Source of the DNA: Lama glama | Taxonomy: Eukaryota | DNA length: 63,876 bases | Assembly (NCBI GenBank): GCA_028534125.1 | Contig: CM052841.1 | Coordinates: forward strand, 55,428,001 to 55,491,876 | Reading direction: 5' to 3' | Shown: piece after piece, positions 24,700-37,924 of the stretch | Layout of the letters: every line of letters starts with the position of its first letter | Numbering within the stretch: position 1 is the stretch's first letter | Translations under genes and position numbers: made by a program | Notes under the pieces: generated by a model | The model's database searches: none | What the model was told of the DNA's origin: nothing | The model's input: only the letters and a program-made list of their open reading frames with translations

Positions 24700-25660
24700 T
24701 CAGTATTTTTTGAGTGAGTGAACAAAATAAGAGCTAGGATTGGTCCTGTGGGACCACAGTGAGCCAATAAAGGCTTTTAAACAGAGGAGTTCTATGTTAG
24801 AGTTTCATGTTCAACGGGGTAGTCGGTAGATTTAAGAAGGGACAAGGGTAACACTGAGGAGGCTATTGTAATAGTCTAGGCTAGATATGGTCTCAACAAG
24901 ATATCAGAGAGATAGTAAAAAAAAAAAAAAGTGAGAGGCAAAATTTGCAAGATTCGGTGGCTATCTGGCTGTGTGGAGCGAAGAAAGGTACCTACCCGTG
25001 GTGACTCCTAAGTCGGGTTTGATGATTGGGTTGATGATGTCATTCATGGTAATAAACAACACTGAAAAATTAATGGATTTCAAATGAATAATGACAAGTT
25101 TCTTCTTGGATGTGTAGAGTTTGAGGCTCCTGTTGAACCTTTAAATCAGAATTCTCAGTAGGTTACAGAACTCTTCAGTACAAATCCAAGAGAGACCAGG
25201 ACTAAAGGTGGAGATCTGTGAATCAACATGAACTAGCGGTAGCTAGAGCTCTGGCAGTGGATGGGAACAGCCAGCGAACACGGCTGAGACAAGAGCAATG
25301 GAAACAAATATGCAGCCAGGCTCATATCTAGGCAGACTGAAGAGGGAAGAAGCCCATGAAGCTGAGTGAGAAGGAACTGTAAGACGGAGAGGAGGAGAAT
25401 CATGACAGAACAGTGTCAAAGCCAGAGGAGCAGAAATAATGAAAAGTCCCAAGTTTCAAAAGCCACAGAGAGGTCCAACATAAGGACTTAAAATGCCTAT
25501 CGAACTTGATAATGCAAAGGTGGTTGACAGTTTCCATTGCCTTGATGGAGACCGCAGATTCACTGAAGGAGATTAAAGCCTGAACAGGACATGAATAAAC
25601 GGAGGCATAGACTGCAGAGCATTTGGCAAAGAAGGAAAGATCAAAAAAGCAGTCGTCAAC
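24700..25660 (-). mobile_element. L2 LINE
   Basis: ggaggctattgtaatagtctagg; ttggatgtgtagagtttgagg; aagccacagagaggtc...taaggact are purine-rich antisense L2 motifs. Confidence 0.8.
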
Positions 25661-26959
25661 GCTTCTCCTTTCACTCCGCCAAGGAGGGAAGCAAAACAGT
25701 CAATAGAAGGATAAGGATATTAATAAACTCAGAGGACAGATACAGAATTAAAGAAGAAAAGAAAGATATGGGAGAGAAAGGAAATTGACTCAAAGAACAG
25801 CATGGGGTCTGGGACTGGGGTGGAATGCTAAACTCTGCACCTGCTGCTGGGAATCAAAAAAGAAAAAAAGTGTCCACAGCTTCAGGAAGCCATATGTTGG
25901 TGAGGGAGATAAATGTGTATACCCCAAATTGCAGATCAGTGGATTGAGTTTTATCAGACACCAACACGAAGTGTTGTTGGAACAAAGGGAGGGGAAAAGT
26001 GACTCAAACACAGTCAGTTCAAGAAGATTTCTCAGGGGTGCTGAGATTTTGCTTGGTTTCCAATGGCTCAAGATTTTCCATCTGAACGGAGGAAAAAAAA
26101 ACTTAACAGAAGAAGGCATTCAGATAGTGGGACTTTGGTAAGCAAAAGGCATGGAATCATCCAGACCCGCCTATTGTGTGCAAATCACTAAACTAGATGC
26201 TGCATGGGATACAGAGATGAGCAAGAAAAGCCTGCTCTCCCTACAGAGATATACTGCAGATTCTGGAGTTAGAAAGAAATGCCAAAGATGGGAACTGGCC
26301 CCACACAGGTGTTCAAAATATAATTGTTCAATAAATAAACAGTGTTCTGCTGAGTTAATGGCTCTGAATTCTTCCCTGTGGCTGATCTATTCTTCATACT
26401 CAGTGAAGCAAATAAATAAAACACTTAAGTTTCCACCTGAACCTAAATTTCAGCATTTACTCATCAAAAGCTCTGACCCTTGGCTTAATGTTTCCAACAG
26501 GTCACTAATGAAAGCAGATGAAAGGTTCCTGGTAGATCCATTTGGATAGAAGCTCCCGGGGCTCTGCTAGTTCTTGTGCGATGGCTCTATTCCTTTACAC
26601 AGTGCTTTTAAAAGCATGAACTAAAAGGACTGTCACAACTGTTGTTCATCCATGACAATCCTGGAACCCAAAGAAGGAGGTAGGGGACACACGTGCGAGG
26701 GTTTAAGCAGGTACTGGCTTGACAATCACAGATTTTAAAAAGCATGGTCAGTTTGGAGACTGCAACTACCCCCTCTGACCCCCGCTCCCTTAAGGCGCTC
26801 CTCATTCCAACCTTGCATTCCAGCAAGACGTCATGCGGCAAAGGGATGGAGGTCCCGTTTGATCTCAGAGCCACTTTTAACATCCACAGGGCAGACACTT
26901 ATACCTCCCATTCCAGAAATGAGAAATGGACACTCCACAAGGTTAACACCAGGACATCA

Positions 26960-27185
26960 TTTTAATAAAACGTACGTAGTTCACTTAGCCCTCAAAACAA
27001 ACCTCTGATAAAGTATGATTATTACTCCCATCTAAGAGGAGAGGAAACAGAGGCCAGGAAGATTCAGTCATTTACCCAGGGTTTCAAAGCTAGTGTGTTA
27101 TTTAAAAAAATTTTTTTTAATGTTTCCTTTTTTATTTTTTTAACCCTAATCCAGTGTGTTTGGTTCTCTCCTGCTACCAGCGTAC
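26960..27185 (-). mobile_element. MIR SINE
   Basis: cctcaaaacaaacctctga...ttattactcccat...gaggaaacagagg. Confidence 0.7.
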
Positions 27186-27691
27186 AGAGTCCTACCAGAT
27201 AATAGCAATGTCTCAACCCAAGATACATTTTTAATAAATGCTCCAGGTGAATATCATGCACATTGAACTGTAAGATCCACCGTCCTGGCAGGGCAGGGAG
27301 ATGGGTCAGGTCCTCTGAGGCCACTGCTTAACTCTGGGAAATGCCTCCCTGCTATTGGAATGTCAAGGCTCACCTCGGGCTAGAATCAGGATCCTTCCTA
27401 TTGACCTTCAAATCCCAAATTAAAAAAAAAATATTGCACTACCTGATTTTTAAGGGCCCAACTAGTCCCATCCGTGTGATTTCAAGAAAGCTTCATTACC
27501 TTTCTGAGCATCTGTTTTCCTCTCTGCGTTTCTATATTTAGGAAATCCGGATTTAATCATTCTAGCCACCATTTTTGAGTCCTTCCTATAATGATGATTG
27601 TGATGAAACTGATTTATAAACAACTAGGGTATGACAGGAGCTGTGTCAAGAACTTTGCAAACATTAGTTCAGTTGACATCCACAATACCAA

Positions 27692-28210
27692 TGGGTAGCT
27701 TACTTCGATGGCCCCAAGTCACCCCGCCCTCTAATCAGGTACTTCCTCGTGGAGCTTTCCAGCTCTTCTACTAAAGGAATGGAGTCTGTCCCTACTTCCT
27801 TGAATTTGGGCTCATCGTCGAAGTTCCTTTGGTCATGAGGCATGAGGCAGAAGTGATGCTGTGCTAGCTCTAAGCCTGTATCTCAAGAGACCCTGTAGGT
27901 TTCTGCTTAACCTCCTGTACTTCTGCTGTTGCCACAAAATGGATGTGACAGTGGTTTCAGAAGGAGGATGCAAGACACGGGGGAACAGACCGTCCAGCTC
28001 AGGTGCCTCAGCCAAGCCAAGCTTAGAGCAGAGCCCCAGCTGAACCGCGGGAAGAAGATGAGCCCAGCCTCGGTCAGTGAGGGTGGGTAGATCCGGGGGC
28101 CCCTAGCTGACCTGCAGACGCATGAGCTTAGTGATAACTGCCACTGGTTCAAAGCCACTGAATTGGTAATGTTGGGGGGGGGAGGTGGGGGAGGGTAGCT
28201 AACAGACACA
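27692..28210 (+). mobile_element. MLT1 (ERVL-MaLR) LTR, MLT1H/F-like, inserted in a MIR
   Basis: gatggccccaa; ggagtctgtccct..ccttgaatttgggc; gcagaagtgatgctgtg; gctgacctgcagacgcatgag; aagccactgaa; tagctaacagacaca. Confidence 0.8.
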
Positions 28211-28360
28211 CTAGGTAACGTTACTATTCATTCCCATTTTGTAGATAAGGAAACTAAGGGTCAGGAAAGAGCTGTAGCTTGCTCAAAGTCACATCACGGA
28301 TGTCAGAGCTGAGACGTGATCCTGGTGTCTCTAAGGTCTGGGCCCTTAGCCCCACACTGC
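28211..28360 (-). mobile_element. MIR SINE (remainder; first part at about 27630-27690)
   Basis: cccattttgtagataaggaaactaagggtcag...cttgctcaaagtcaca. Confidence 0.8.
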
Positions 28361-29719
28361 ACGGTCAGCTACTGCGCTGGGGAATCTGGTCCCCAAGCCA
28401 GATGTCTTGAAGCTCCTGTAGTCTGTGAAGAGCAAGCAACCTTGGCTTTTAAAATGCACTTTCCCTTTCAGACTTCCTCATAAATTCTGAAGGTGGAATT
28501 CCAGAAGCTGGAGTCTTAAAAAAAAAAAAAAAAACACCCAGAAGACTTGAATGTGTTTATATGGATGATAGGCCCATACTGGGCAGAAGAGAGGCGGGAG
28601 GTCCTAAAAGAGGGGACACCGGGCATTCAGTGAGGCTCCTTCCGTCTCACAGGCGGTGAATGTGCAGAGTAGCCCGATCCATCTGTGCATAAGAAAGGAG
28701 GCTTGCAGGTTTTAAGCCAGAAAGGAACAAGGTGTTTCATTGGGAGCTTGAGGAAAGAAGGGGAGGAAAAAAATGCATCTTTTGGATGAAAGGATCCTTA
28801 ATCTTCAAAACACAAACTATTTTTCCATACCAAAGCCCCTTCCAGCGTAGGAAGTCTGCTGAGGCCTCAAGTCAGGCAACCAGCTTGTGTTTTGCAGATT
28901 AAGGAGACTTCGACCCAAAGGATCCATTTTTGTGAAACTCTAAAGGAGACGCCTGGTCTATTTCTAGCTGGCACACCCCCCTGGCAGAGGCAGCTTTAAA
29001 TGCGGTCCCAGAAGAAGGATGCTCCCCTGCTGGCTCTGGGGCGGAGCACACAGTAGGCAGATGGATGAAGAAGAGAGATCCTAAAAGAGATCTTTTGCCC
29101 CAAAATATCTACCTGTTTCCTTGTCGGGGTGCCCCACATGCTCATTATAGAATAAACACGACTTTGAAATGTTGAAAGCTCTTGTTCAAGGAAGAAGGCT
29201 AGTAATAGCAGGCAGCAAGAGTGGGTCTATATCGAGCACTGGAGAACCGAGGGGGGCACATGACCTCATCCGAGCCCCCCAGCAACACTCTGTCCTCTGC
29301 AGGATGGGGAGCAGAGCCCTCGCTTCACAGGCAAGAAAGCTGAGTTCCAGAGAGTTGAAGTAATGGTCCTAAGGTTACCCAAACCGATGCCCTGTTCCCT
29401 CCTAGGTCCAACCCCAGTCCCAGAACAATCAGCACAGATAAAGCCGGAAGCAGGCTTATTTATGGAGGATAAATTAGAAGATGCTGTGAGGTTCGACTGA
29501 CACTGGACTAGGCTGAGTCAGGATGCCTAAATTCTAGCCCCATTCCTACCACCACTCCAGGGGCAAGGCGGGGTAACTGACATCCTCACGTCTCTGCAAT
29601 CTGGTCTCTGCACCTACAGAATCAGGACGATTGGCTTAGGTGTTTTCTTAGATTTCTTCCAAATTTAACATTATCTTGGGCTATGATTTTTGCACCTGTG
29701 AAATGAAAAAGAAACTTAC

Positions 29720-29865
29720 ACAGAGAGAGAGAGAAAGAAGAAGAAAAGAGGGGAAGGGAGGGGGGAAGAGAGGGATAGAGGCGGGGAAGAAATGAGGGAG
29801 AAAAGGAAGTAAAAGAGGGAAAGAGGGAGAGAGGGAAGGAAGGAAAAAGAGAAAGAGAAAGAGAA
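29720..29865. repeat. GA-rich polypurine low-complexity tract
   Basis: About 145 nt of almost pure A/G. Confidence 0.9.
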
Positions 29866-30289
29866 ACCATGTTCAACTCTGGTTTGCCTTGGATGAGGGG
29901 AAATTATGCCAGGCAAGAGGGATGGAGTCTGAGGAAGTGAATGGATTTGATTTGTCTAAGCCTTAGGAAAGCAAATATTACTGAAACGTTGGCTGACCGC
30001 CACCGACTTCCAAACAGAAAATGGCTTTCAGATACACTGTGGGTGCTCAGCAGGGTCTGTTAGAGTGAGTGATGGGGTGACGTGAGCTGCCGGGGAGCAG
30101 GGAGAAAATGATAACCTTCTCCTGACAGAGACCCCCAGAAACAGCCAGCCCAGGAGGAGTAGAGAAGCCTCCAGCTGGGCATCCCCAAAAGGCTCAGATA
30201 ATTTACACAAAACCCAGAAGGGCCCCTGGGAATGGTTAACCTAAGGCTGTTGGAGCCACGTCACACTGCGGGATGCCGTGAGGGCTGGC

Positions 30290-30450
30290 CAGGGCAGAAG
30301 CACTGGTTTGGGAGCCAGGATGTCTGGGCTCCCATCCTGACCTGGCCTCATACATCCTGTGACCTGGGTCAAGTCTCATCCCGACCATGGACCTCAGTTT
30401 GCCCATGTGGAAAACAGATGGGGGTTTTAAATGATCCCTCAGGGCCTTTC
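30290..30450 (+). mobile_element. MIR/MIR3 SINE
   Basis: ctgtgacctgggtcaagtc...cctcagtttgcccatgtggaaaa. Confidence 0.8.
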
Positions 30451-30949
30451 CCACGCAGACACTCTGGGACACACTAGGATCAAACATCAGTGACTTTCAC
30501 TCATTCCACAGGTCCTTCCTGGGCACTTTCCGTGCGCCAGCGACGGGCTAGAGAGCCAGTCACTGGCACTCCTACACCTAAAATCAGCTTTCCGTGGGAT
30601 TATCAACACTCTCCTAAGGTGGGCAGGGACCCAACTGTGCCTTCCGAGCCAGCCTTCTGGTTCCAGAAAGTGCAGAACCTTAACATTGTGTGGTTTGATG
30701 TACATCTTACTCCTGACAATCCGTAGGGAAGAGAAAGGGTCTTCCTTAAGAACCACTAAGATCTCACGCAGTCAGAAAGCTCTTCACGGAGTCTCACCTG
30801 GGCACTGCCTGCTCTCCAGGGAGGCGGTTCTTACTAAGGCTGACACATGGGTAAAAGTCTCCTGGATGGCAGGTCAGCATGTCTCCCTGGCATCACACGT
30901 CATGTATAGGTTGAAAATAAAACATCAGAAATGCCCTCCTGACGCTCTG

Positions 30950-31130
30950 AACTATTTTAGGTTGAATGGTCCTTAAAGAGAATCAAGTCCAGCTGCTTCA
31001 TTTTATAAAAAAGGAAACCAAGGCTTGCCCAAGGTCCCAGGGCTGGTGGGCTGGTTAATGGCAGAAACCAAGAATAAAGATGAAGCCTTCATGTCTCCTT
31101 CTAGAAACGCTTTTTACTACTCCAGACATC
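30950..31130 (-). mobile_element. MIR3/MIRc SINE
   Basis: cattttata...ggaaaccaaggcttgcccaaggtc...ctggttaatggcagaacc. Confidence 0.75.
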
Positions 31131-32017
31131 CTCTCCTATTCCTACAGGCAGCGATGGTTTTGGTAAGGTTTTGTTTTGTTTTGTTTTAGAATAAGGACCA
31201 GTGAACTTCCCCAATCCAGTTCCTCATTACTCTGAGAGCAATCATCCTGTAACGTGTGCGAGGGATGGAGACATTTGAGCCTCTGGGGAACACACCGGAG
31301 AGGTAGGTGATGGAGAGGGTGGGCTCTGAGGTGTGGGAGCAAAACACAGGAGAGGGCATGCGTGCTGTGCCAGGAAGCAGAGGGAAGGAGAATGCCGCAG
31401 TCAAATGCAGAGGTGGAAACAAAGCAGTTGTATTGATTTGAAAAGGCAGCTCACCGGGGTTGATGCTGCCAGCCTGGCTCTTCCTGGTCTGCCTTCCTCC
31501 AGGCAGGTCTGTGAAGGTACACGCCCACCCTCGGAGGTTCAGAACCATCTACTCTGTATGCAGGGAGTGAATTGCAGGGAGTCAGGACCAGATGGGATGT
31601 GTTCCTTTGACAAGATGAGGAAGAGAGAGGGAGAGAGAATACGAGAAGGAAAAAGATGGATCCTTCCTCTCAGATGAAGGTAGTATAAAAGAAACCAGGT
31701 GAAAAAGTCTAAAAGGATAGGTCCCTGATTCTGTGGAAATGGAACAGGCAGCTTTCTCTTTAGAAGAAGGACTATGAGGATTGAAAGAGAAGGGTCCAAA
31801 CTCTTCCTCATCACGATAGATGGATCTGTTCCTAAGCAGTTTCCATCCTCTCTCATCTGAACCACTGGACCAGCCTCCTAATTCATCTCCTGAACACAAG
31901 CCTTCTCTTCTAAAGCCTCGCAGGAAATAGATGCTCAATAAATGTGTGCCGAGCAAATAAACACCCTCTAACATTGATTTCTTCATAACAGTGATGATGA
32001 ATTTTTACTTCTTCAGG

Positions 32018-32380
32018 GAATGTGAATTCAAATGCCTACAGAGTCCAGGCACACACGTGAGGGAAAGGAGTGGTCAGTACAGGGATACTGAACTTGAGAA
32101 ACAAGAAGTAACTGCCCAGATACGTTTAAGAAGGGAGCAAAGTGACAAATCGTAGGCACATGACCCAGTCAAGGACAGCAGACTGCTTCTGTGTAGAAAT
32201 GATATCTCTGGGCTGCCAGGTCACCTGATTTCCCAGAGGTCAGAAGGAAATCCAGATTTGTCTATGAAACCTCTCCATTTTTAAGCACTGACAATGACCC
32301 TTCCCCTACCCCTGAACTGGGAGGGTCAAATACAACGCATCCATGTGCCAACAGGTGCATTTGTTTGTGAGCTTGGGCTA
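32018..32380 (+). mobile_element. MER45-family (hAT-Tip100)
   Basis: tcaaatgcctacagagtccaggca...gctgccaggtc...gaaatccagattt..tatgaaacctctc. Confidence 0.7.
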
Positions 32381-32704
32381 CAGGATCAAGTCCAATATCT
32401 TAATTAAACACGCAAGCCTCTCCCTTAACTAGATCTAATCTAATTCCCTAACCTTGCTTTTGCTTTCTATATAACAGTATAGATCCTGTAATCACGGTAA
32501 GTCTGATTTCCTAACACTTTGGGAAATGCACTGCTTCTTTATCAGTGGAGAACATTTTCTCTGTCTGTACTGTCCCACCTAAGCCCTGCCTCCTCCAGGA
32601 AGTCTTTCCTGACTGCATCAGCCCTTCTCAAATCCTAAAGCTTGAAGGGGATATAATTAATCTCTGGCCTTTAAAATATATGCTGCTAACCTTGGTTACT
32701 TAAC

Positions 32705-32850
32705 AGAATCCTGCAGTGGAAAGAGTGTTGGGAACCTAGGAGACCTGGGTTCTAGTCCTGGCTGTCACTCCACCTTACTAAGTGGCCTTGGGCAAGTTAA
32801 CTCCTCTTGCCGAGACTCAACTTCCATCATTTTTGAAATGAGGATACTGG
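32705..32850 (+). mobile_element. MIR SINE
   Basis: gcagtggaaagag...ggagacctgggttctagtcctggct...gtggccttgggcaagtta. Confidence 0.85.
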
Positions 32851-33332
32851 CTTGAGGTAGCAGTTTTGAAAGTGGGCTCAAAGGTGGCCATGATGCAGGG
32901 GGGGATGTTGGGGTTCAGGAGGCTCTCCAGGACAATCTTGTTGCTGACTTGAAAATACCAACTTCTAAGGCTCTGACTCGTTTCTGGCATTTGGGTTGTA
33001 GGTACTTTTTTTTTTTTTTTTTTGCCTCTGCAATTAGACGGGGCTTCTCTTGAAATCAGCTAAGCTTCACTGATCATTTATTATGTGCCAGGCACTGTGC
33101 TAAATGCATTTCTTATATTTTTCTCTCTCATCTCCTGTTAGTTCCTAACTATGTTATGTGTAAACAGTGGAAGACACCAGGAGAAAAACACCAGCTGGGA
33201 AGCGACTGTCCCTTCACACACCGCCACTGGCTGGGCCACCTTATCTGGCAGTCACTTCCTGTTTCCGGAGTTCAATGTCCTCCTCATAAATGGAAAAGAC
33301 TGGACTAGAAAGAAGGAATCTTTCACCTTAAA

Positions 33333-33460
33333 ATAGGAGGAGAGGGAGGAAAGAAGGCAGGCAAGAAGGAAGGAAGGGAAGGAAAGAGAAAGAGAGAGGA
33401 AGGGAGAAAGAGAAAGGGAAGGGAAGGAAGAAAAAATTTGGAAGGAAAGGGAAAATGAGG
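33333..33460. repeat. (GGAA/GA)n polypurine tract
   Basis: ggaaggaagggaaggaaagagaaagagagag... Confidence 0.85.
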
Positions 33461-33547
33461 CACTAAATGAATGGGACAGATAAAGAAAACTTAAATTTCT
33501 TTTTCTATCTGAACAGCAGCTCCTACTAACCTTGTTTTCCTCTAGCT

Positions 33548-33755
33548 CAGGAATACAAAACTTTTTCTTTAAAGGGCCAGATAGTAAATATTTTAGTTTA
33601 TGGGCCATATTGTCCATGTTTCAATGACTCAACTTTGCCATTGTGGCATGAAAGCAGTCATAGACAATTAAAAAAAAAAAAGAGTGGGGGGGCATGGCTA
33701 TGTGCCAATAAAACTTTATTGGCAAAAACAGGTCATGGGCCAGATTTGGACCCTC
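33548..33755 (+). mobile_element. MER58A (hAT-Charlie)
   Basis: aaactttttctttaaagggccagatagtaaatattttag...ccaataaaactttatt...gggccagatttgg. Confidence 0.9.
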
Positions 33756-35039
33756 CCCAAGTGCCCTTGTGCTCCAGAAAGGATTCATCTCTCCAAGTCA
33801 CATTCTCAGGAACAGCCTCAGCTTTTCCAACCAGAAGAGGCCCCGTGAACCATTCTCCCTCTATAGAGATAACACTAAAGTGATTTTACTTATTTATCTA
33901 GAATTCATACTCCACCTACCCCCAGACACAGCTAAAGGAATATTACAAAGTTAAATAAGGTACGAATCAGGACAATTAAAAATAAAAATGGAACAAAGAA
34001 TAGTTAAAATGAGTGAAGGAAGAGATGTTACCAGGCACCTGGGAAGAGTTAATTGATCTGGATTTAGTTCTGAGGTTCCTGGAAGCTGAGGTAGAGTGAA
34101 GTTAATTGGCCCCCAAGGGGCTCAGATCCATGAGTAGGGTCTCATTAGCATTATCGGTCTACCAGTGAACAAAGAAAGGCTGAGGAGAGAGGTGTGACAG
34201 TGTGCCCCAGCCCCAGGGTGCAGGGACAGTCCAGGGACGGCCCCCAACCCAAGTACCTCCTCTTCCTCAAACCAGGCAAACCTTCAGCATCTCACCACAA
34301 CAGGAAGAAAGCATGGGATCTGAAACAGTTGGACTTGACAGGCCTCAGAAGCTGAGGACCTTAACTGAGTTACGGATACCCTCCACATCTCATTCTCTGA
34401 TGTGTCAGATGAGACTCTAACTCTCTCTTACTTCATTCATTGAGTTGTTGGGGGAAGTGAAATCACATATGCCAAATGCTCCACTCAGGATGAGGACACA
34501 GTACACTCGTGGTTCTTGTTAATTCCTCTTATAGAACGGTTAAAAGGCAGATCCTCATTAGACAGAGCTCTTTACGTGGAAATCAGTCCTTTCTGTTCTC
34601 TGGAGAACACGAGAGAGACAAGTAGTTAAGAATCATGGGAAAGGCCACAGAGTAGGGGGCTAAGGAGTATCAAGGCAAAACTGATAAAAGGTTGAAAAGG
34701 TTAGAATGGAGAGATGCAGCTCTGGGAATGAATTTCCAGCACTGGGTATTTTGTATGCTCCAGGCCCTGCCTCCTTTCTGGATGTCTCAGGACAGCTATA
34801 GTATATCAACAGCTCTCTTTTTACTTCCTTCTTTCATAGCTCAGTCTAGAGTCATACCTTCCACTGGACTGAGTGAACCATCCAGTCAAATCTACTTCTC
34901 TCAAACTGAATCTCTAACTATTGGAGGAGCCTTTAAAGCTTCTTAGAAGTCAAGAATGCAAGAACTGGAAAGTCTTTAGCTTCTCTCTAACATTTTAAAA
35001 TATTCCTTTTTAACACAAAGAAGGAAGGTCTAGAGATTG

Positions 35040-35333
35040 GAGATGTGGGCGGGCAAGAACGTAGCTGAATGTGTAAGCTAGACTATAAACTAGAATACCA
35101 TCCCACTGTTTTTGTTTTCATTGTATTTGTACAGTTACCATCTATTTAGTGGACATAATGCTTTTTAAGAAAGAAATTAGTGGTAGTGATAGGAAGTTTC
35201 CTTTGTAAATTATGCATTCACATGAGAAGTGGCTTCGTTTAAGGAAAGATAGTGTAAGTCACATAGATGGAATGAAAATAGAGCACAAGTTGTTAAGGTG
35301 GTACCTGAAAGACTGACATTTTCAGAAACACTG
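35040..35333 (+). mobile_element. hAT-Charlie fossil (MER113/Charlie7-like)
   Basis: ttttgttttcattgtattt...ggtagtgata..aagtttcctt...aaggtggtacctgaaagactga...gaaacactg. Confidence 0.6.
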
Positions 35334-35580
35334 ATCGAATCCAATTCCTTTGCTTCAGGACAAAGAAACAAAGAGAAGGCAAATGGCCCTCACAGAATCT
35401 CCTGTAAAACCAAGCACTTTCGCACCAGACCAGCCTCAATCTGAGCCCCAAATCTGCCAACTACCACAATTAACTTGGGAACATCACATTACCCATCTAA
35501 GCCTCCATTTATGTACCCACAAAATGGGACTCTTACTTGTATTTGCATCATGGCCTGGAACTAGACACAGAATCAGTATG

Positions 35581-35601
35581 TTCAGCACCTGGGAGAGCTC
35601 C
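35581..35601 (+). promoter_or_regulatory. RE1/NRSE (REST-binding) site, canonical spacing
   Basis: TTCAGCACC-TG-GGAGAG-CTCC fits the RE1 pattern NTYAGMRCCNNRGMSAG at all constrained positions. Confidence 0.65.
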
Positions 35602-35789
35602 AGAGATGCGACCAATAAGAATCCTCCATGTGTGACTGGTGATTTGTGAGCAAAATTAACTCAGCGATATTAGTGGTGACCTGACATTACTTTCATTCCT
35701 ATTCCTAAGACAACTATTATTATAGCAGTGCCCCTAAACTGCCCCTACGCTTGTGCTGGAAAATCTATGCACGGCAGCAAGCAAACAAT

Positions 35790-36041
35790 ATACTAGAGAG
35801 CTTAAGCACAAGGTTCTGGAACTGAGACACCCACAGTTCCAGTCTTCGGTTTGCCATTAGTTTCCTACATGACTTTGGCAGGTTGCTTTACTTCTTTTTG
35901 CCTCAGTTTACATATCTATAAACTAGAGATTAATATAATGCAGTGGGCTGTCGCCTGGATCAAACCAATTAAGGCATGTAAAGCACTTAGCACAGCGTGT
36001 CTGTCTGGAACATGGGAAGTGTGCACTAAATGCTTCCTACT
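35790..36041 (+). mobile_element. MIR SINE
   Basis: tgactttggcaggttgcttta...gcctcagtttacatatctataaa...gcatgtaaagcacttagcacag. Confidence 0.9.
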
Positions 36042-36205
36042 NNNNNNNNNNNNNNNNNNNNNNNNNNNNNNNNNNNNNNNNNNNNNNNNNNNNNNNNNNN
36101 NNNNNNNNNNNNNNNNNNNNNNNNNNNNNNNNNNNNNNNNNNNNNNNNNNNNNNNNNNNNNNNNNNNNNNNNNNNNNNNNNNNNNNNNNNNNNNNNNNNN
36201 NNNNN
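36042..36205. other. Assembly gap (164 N)
   Basis: N-run. Confidence 1.
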
Positions 36206-36636
36206 GGGAATGAGATATGGAGTCAGTGAGGGGTGGAATTTGGAAGAACATCCGATTAAAAACACATCAGTAAGAGAAAGCTGCCTATATGGGTCACGTT
36301 CTCCAAGTCATAAACCCCGAACTTAACAACTGCTCCACTCCCCGCCTGGCACCAGGCAGCCCTTCTCCCTATTCATCCACTCTCATTTTCCACATTCCCT
36401 GCATTTACATTTAACTTGATGGGTCTGGGTTTTTCAAAATGTTTACTCCACCTGCACAGCACCCTGTTTGAAAGCCATCCGTGCCCCTCAAAGGAGTTCT
36501 TAAACCTGGAAGCCCATCCTTTGACATTTAATACCTGCCTCCTCCCTCTTTATCTCTGTAGGGAACTTTCTAATCAGGTCAGTGAATTCTTCCTCCCTCC
36601 CTCAGTCCCTGCAAAGGAAGTGATCCTTAGCGGTTA

Positions 36637-36764
36637 CAGTCATCCCTTGGTATCCCAAAGCCACCAAAATCCACGGATGCTCAAGCCCCTTATATAAGAT
36701 GCCATAGTACAGGCAGCCCTCCCTATGTGCGGGTTCCACATCCGCAGATACCGAGGGCCGTCTG
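36637..36764 (+). mobile_element. Short MER2-like Tigger MITE (128 bp)
   Basis: TIRs cagtcatcccttggtatc / gataccgagggccgtctg; internal ccaaaatccacggatgctcaag; preceded by TA. Confidence 0.8.
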
Positions 36765-37094
36765 TTCAAAAATCTGAGACCCTGCTTCCCGCCCAAGGCT
36801 GTGCCATGTGGAAGAGTCAGAATGCCCTTCTCCTGCCTTGACTCTCTGGCTGCTCCCGACCCCTCTACTCAGAGCTAATTATTCTTCCTCAACAGTCTGT
36901 GATGGTCCAGACCACGTTGTTCTCACACCCTGAGATGCTCTTCCTGGACGTGTCCTCCTAAGGAACCCTTACTAGGCCCACTGCCCCCAGCTTGGGTATT
37001 TTTTCCTGCCTGCACCCCATCACTCCAACCCAACTGTGTTAGTTCCTCTTTCCTCCAGAGCCCCTACCATGTGTGCTGGAGAGATGGGACAGGT

Positions 37095-37370
37095 GGAAAC
37101 AAGCTAAGAGGAAGGGCACTGGAGTCAGAAGACCTCAGTTTGTTTCCCACTATGCGGTTTTTTTTGTTTCCTTGAGCAACTTATTTAATATCTCCGAATC
37201 CATTTTCCTATTGGTGAGATGTGGACAGTAACTGTATTCTACCTACTTCAGAGGGTGGCGGGGAGAATCATTTCAGAGAGTACATATAATAAAATGTTTT
37301 AGAACTGTGCCTCGCACATAGTACATGCTCAATAAATATATATTTTTATTACTACTATTATTATTAGGAT
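37095..37370 (+). mobile_element. MIR SINE
   Basis: ggcactggagtcagaagacct...ccttgagcaacttattta...tagaactgtgcctcgcacatagta..tgctcaataaat. Confidence 0.85.
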
Positions 37371-37683
37371 AGATAGACATATTCTAGCTCTCTCATATAT
37401 AATATTTGCTTAACATCAATCTTTCTCCTAAATTGTAAGCCGCTTAAGAGTAAAGGCCATACTGTCTAGTTTACTTTTATGTCAGTATTTAGCACACAGT
37501 AGGTGTAGAACATATTTATCATTTGATTAAACTCCTTCTTAAAGAGCACAGATGTATCTATTTATCATTTTAACCATAGCCTTTAGTACAAAGAGGAGTC
37601 TTTCCAAGCATGCTCATGGCATGAATAGATGAATGTGTAAGGGGATAGACGGATTTCCAAGATGCTCTAGTTAAAATGCTTAC

Positions 37684-37924
37684 CTCGTGCTGAATTATGC
37701 ACCTACTTTCACCTCCCAGTTTCTGGACAGTGAACTTCAACTGCCACAGCTCCCATCCAACTGTGCAAACACCTTTGTTTTACTAAGAGGGACTCTCAAA
37801 CACCCCTGCTGTGAGCTTACCAAGATGCCCCAAGCACAGACGAAACAGAGCCTCAGACTTCCTGCCCCCACCCGACACGGCCAGTCTCTTCTCATAACCT
37901 TACTGTTCTACATTTATTTTTTCT
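37684..37924 (-). other. Candidate non-coding (5'UTR/lncRNA) exon
   Basis: Acceptor ttttgcttattttcttgcag|A (AG at 37926-37925); donor GAG|gtaagc at 37684; alternative donor TTG|gtaagc at 37821; unique sequence. Confidence 0.3.

Noticed and set aside
29622-29916. Hydrophobic, signal-peptide-like ORFs (S/L/F/P-rich); likewise 33252-33617
   Set aside because: Translations of polypurine/polypyrimidine tracts.
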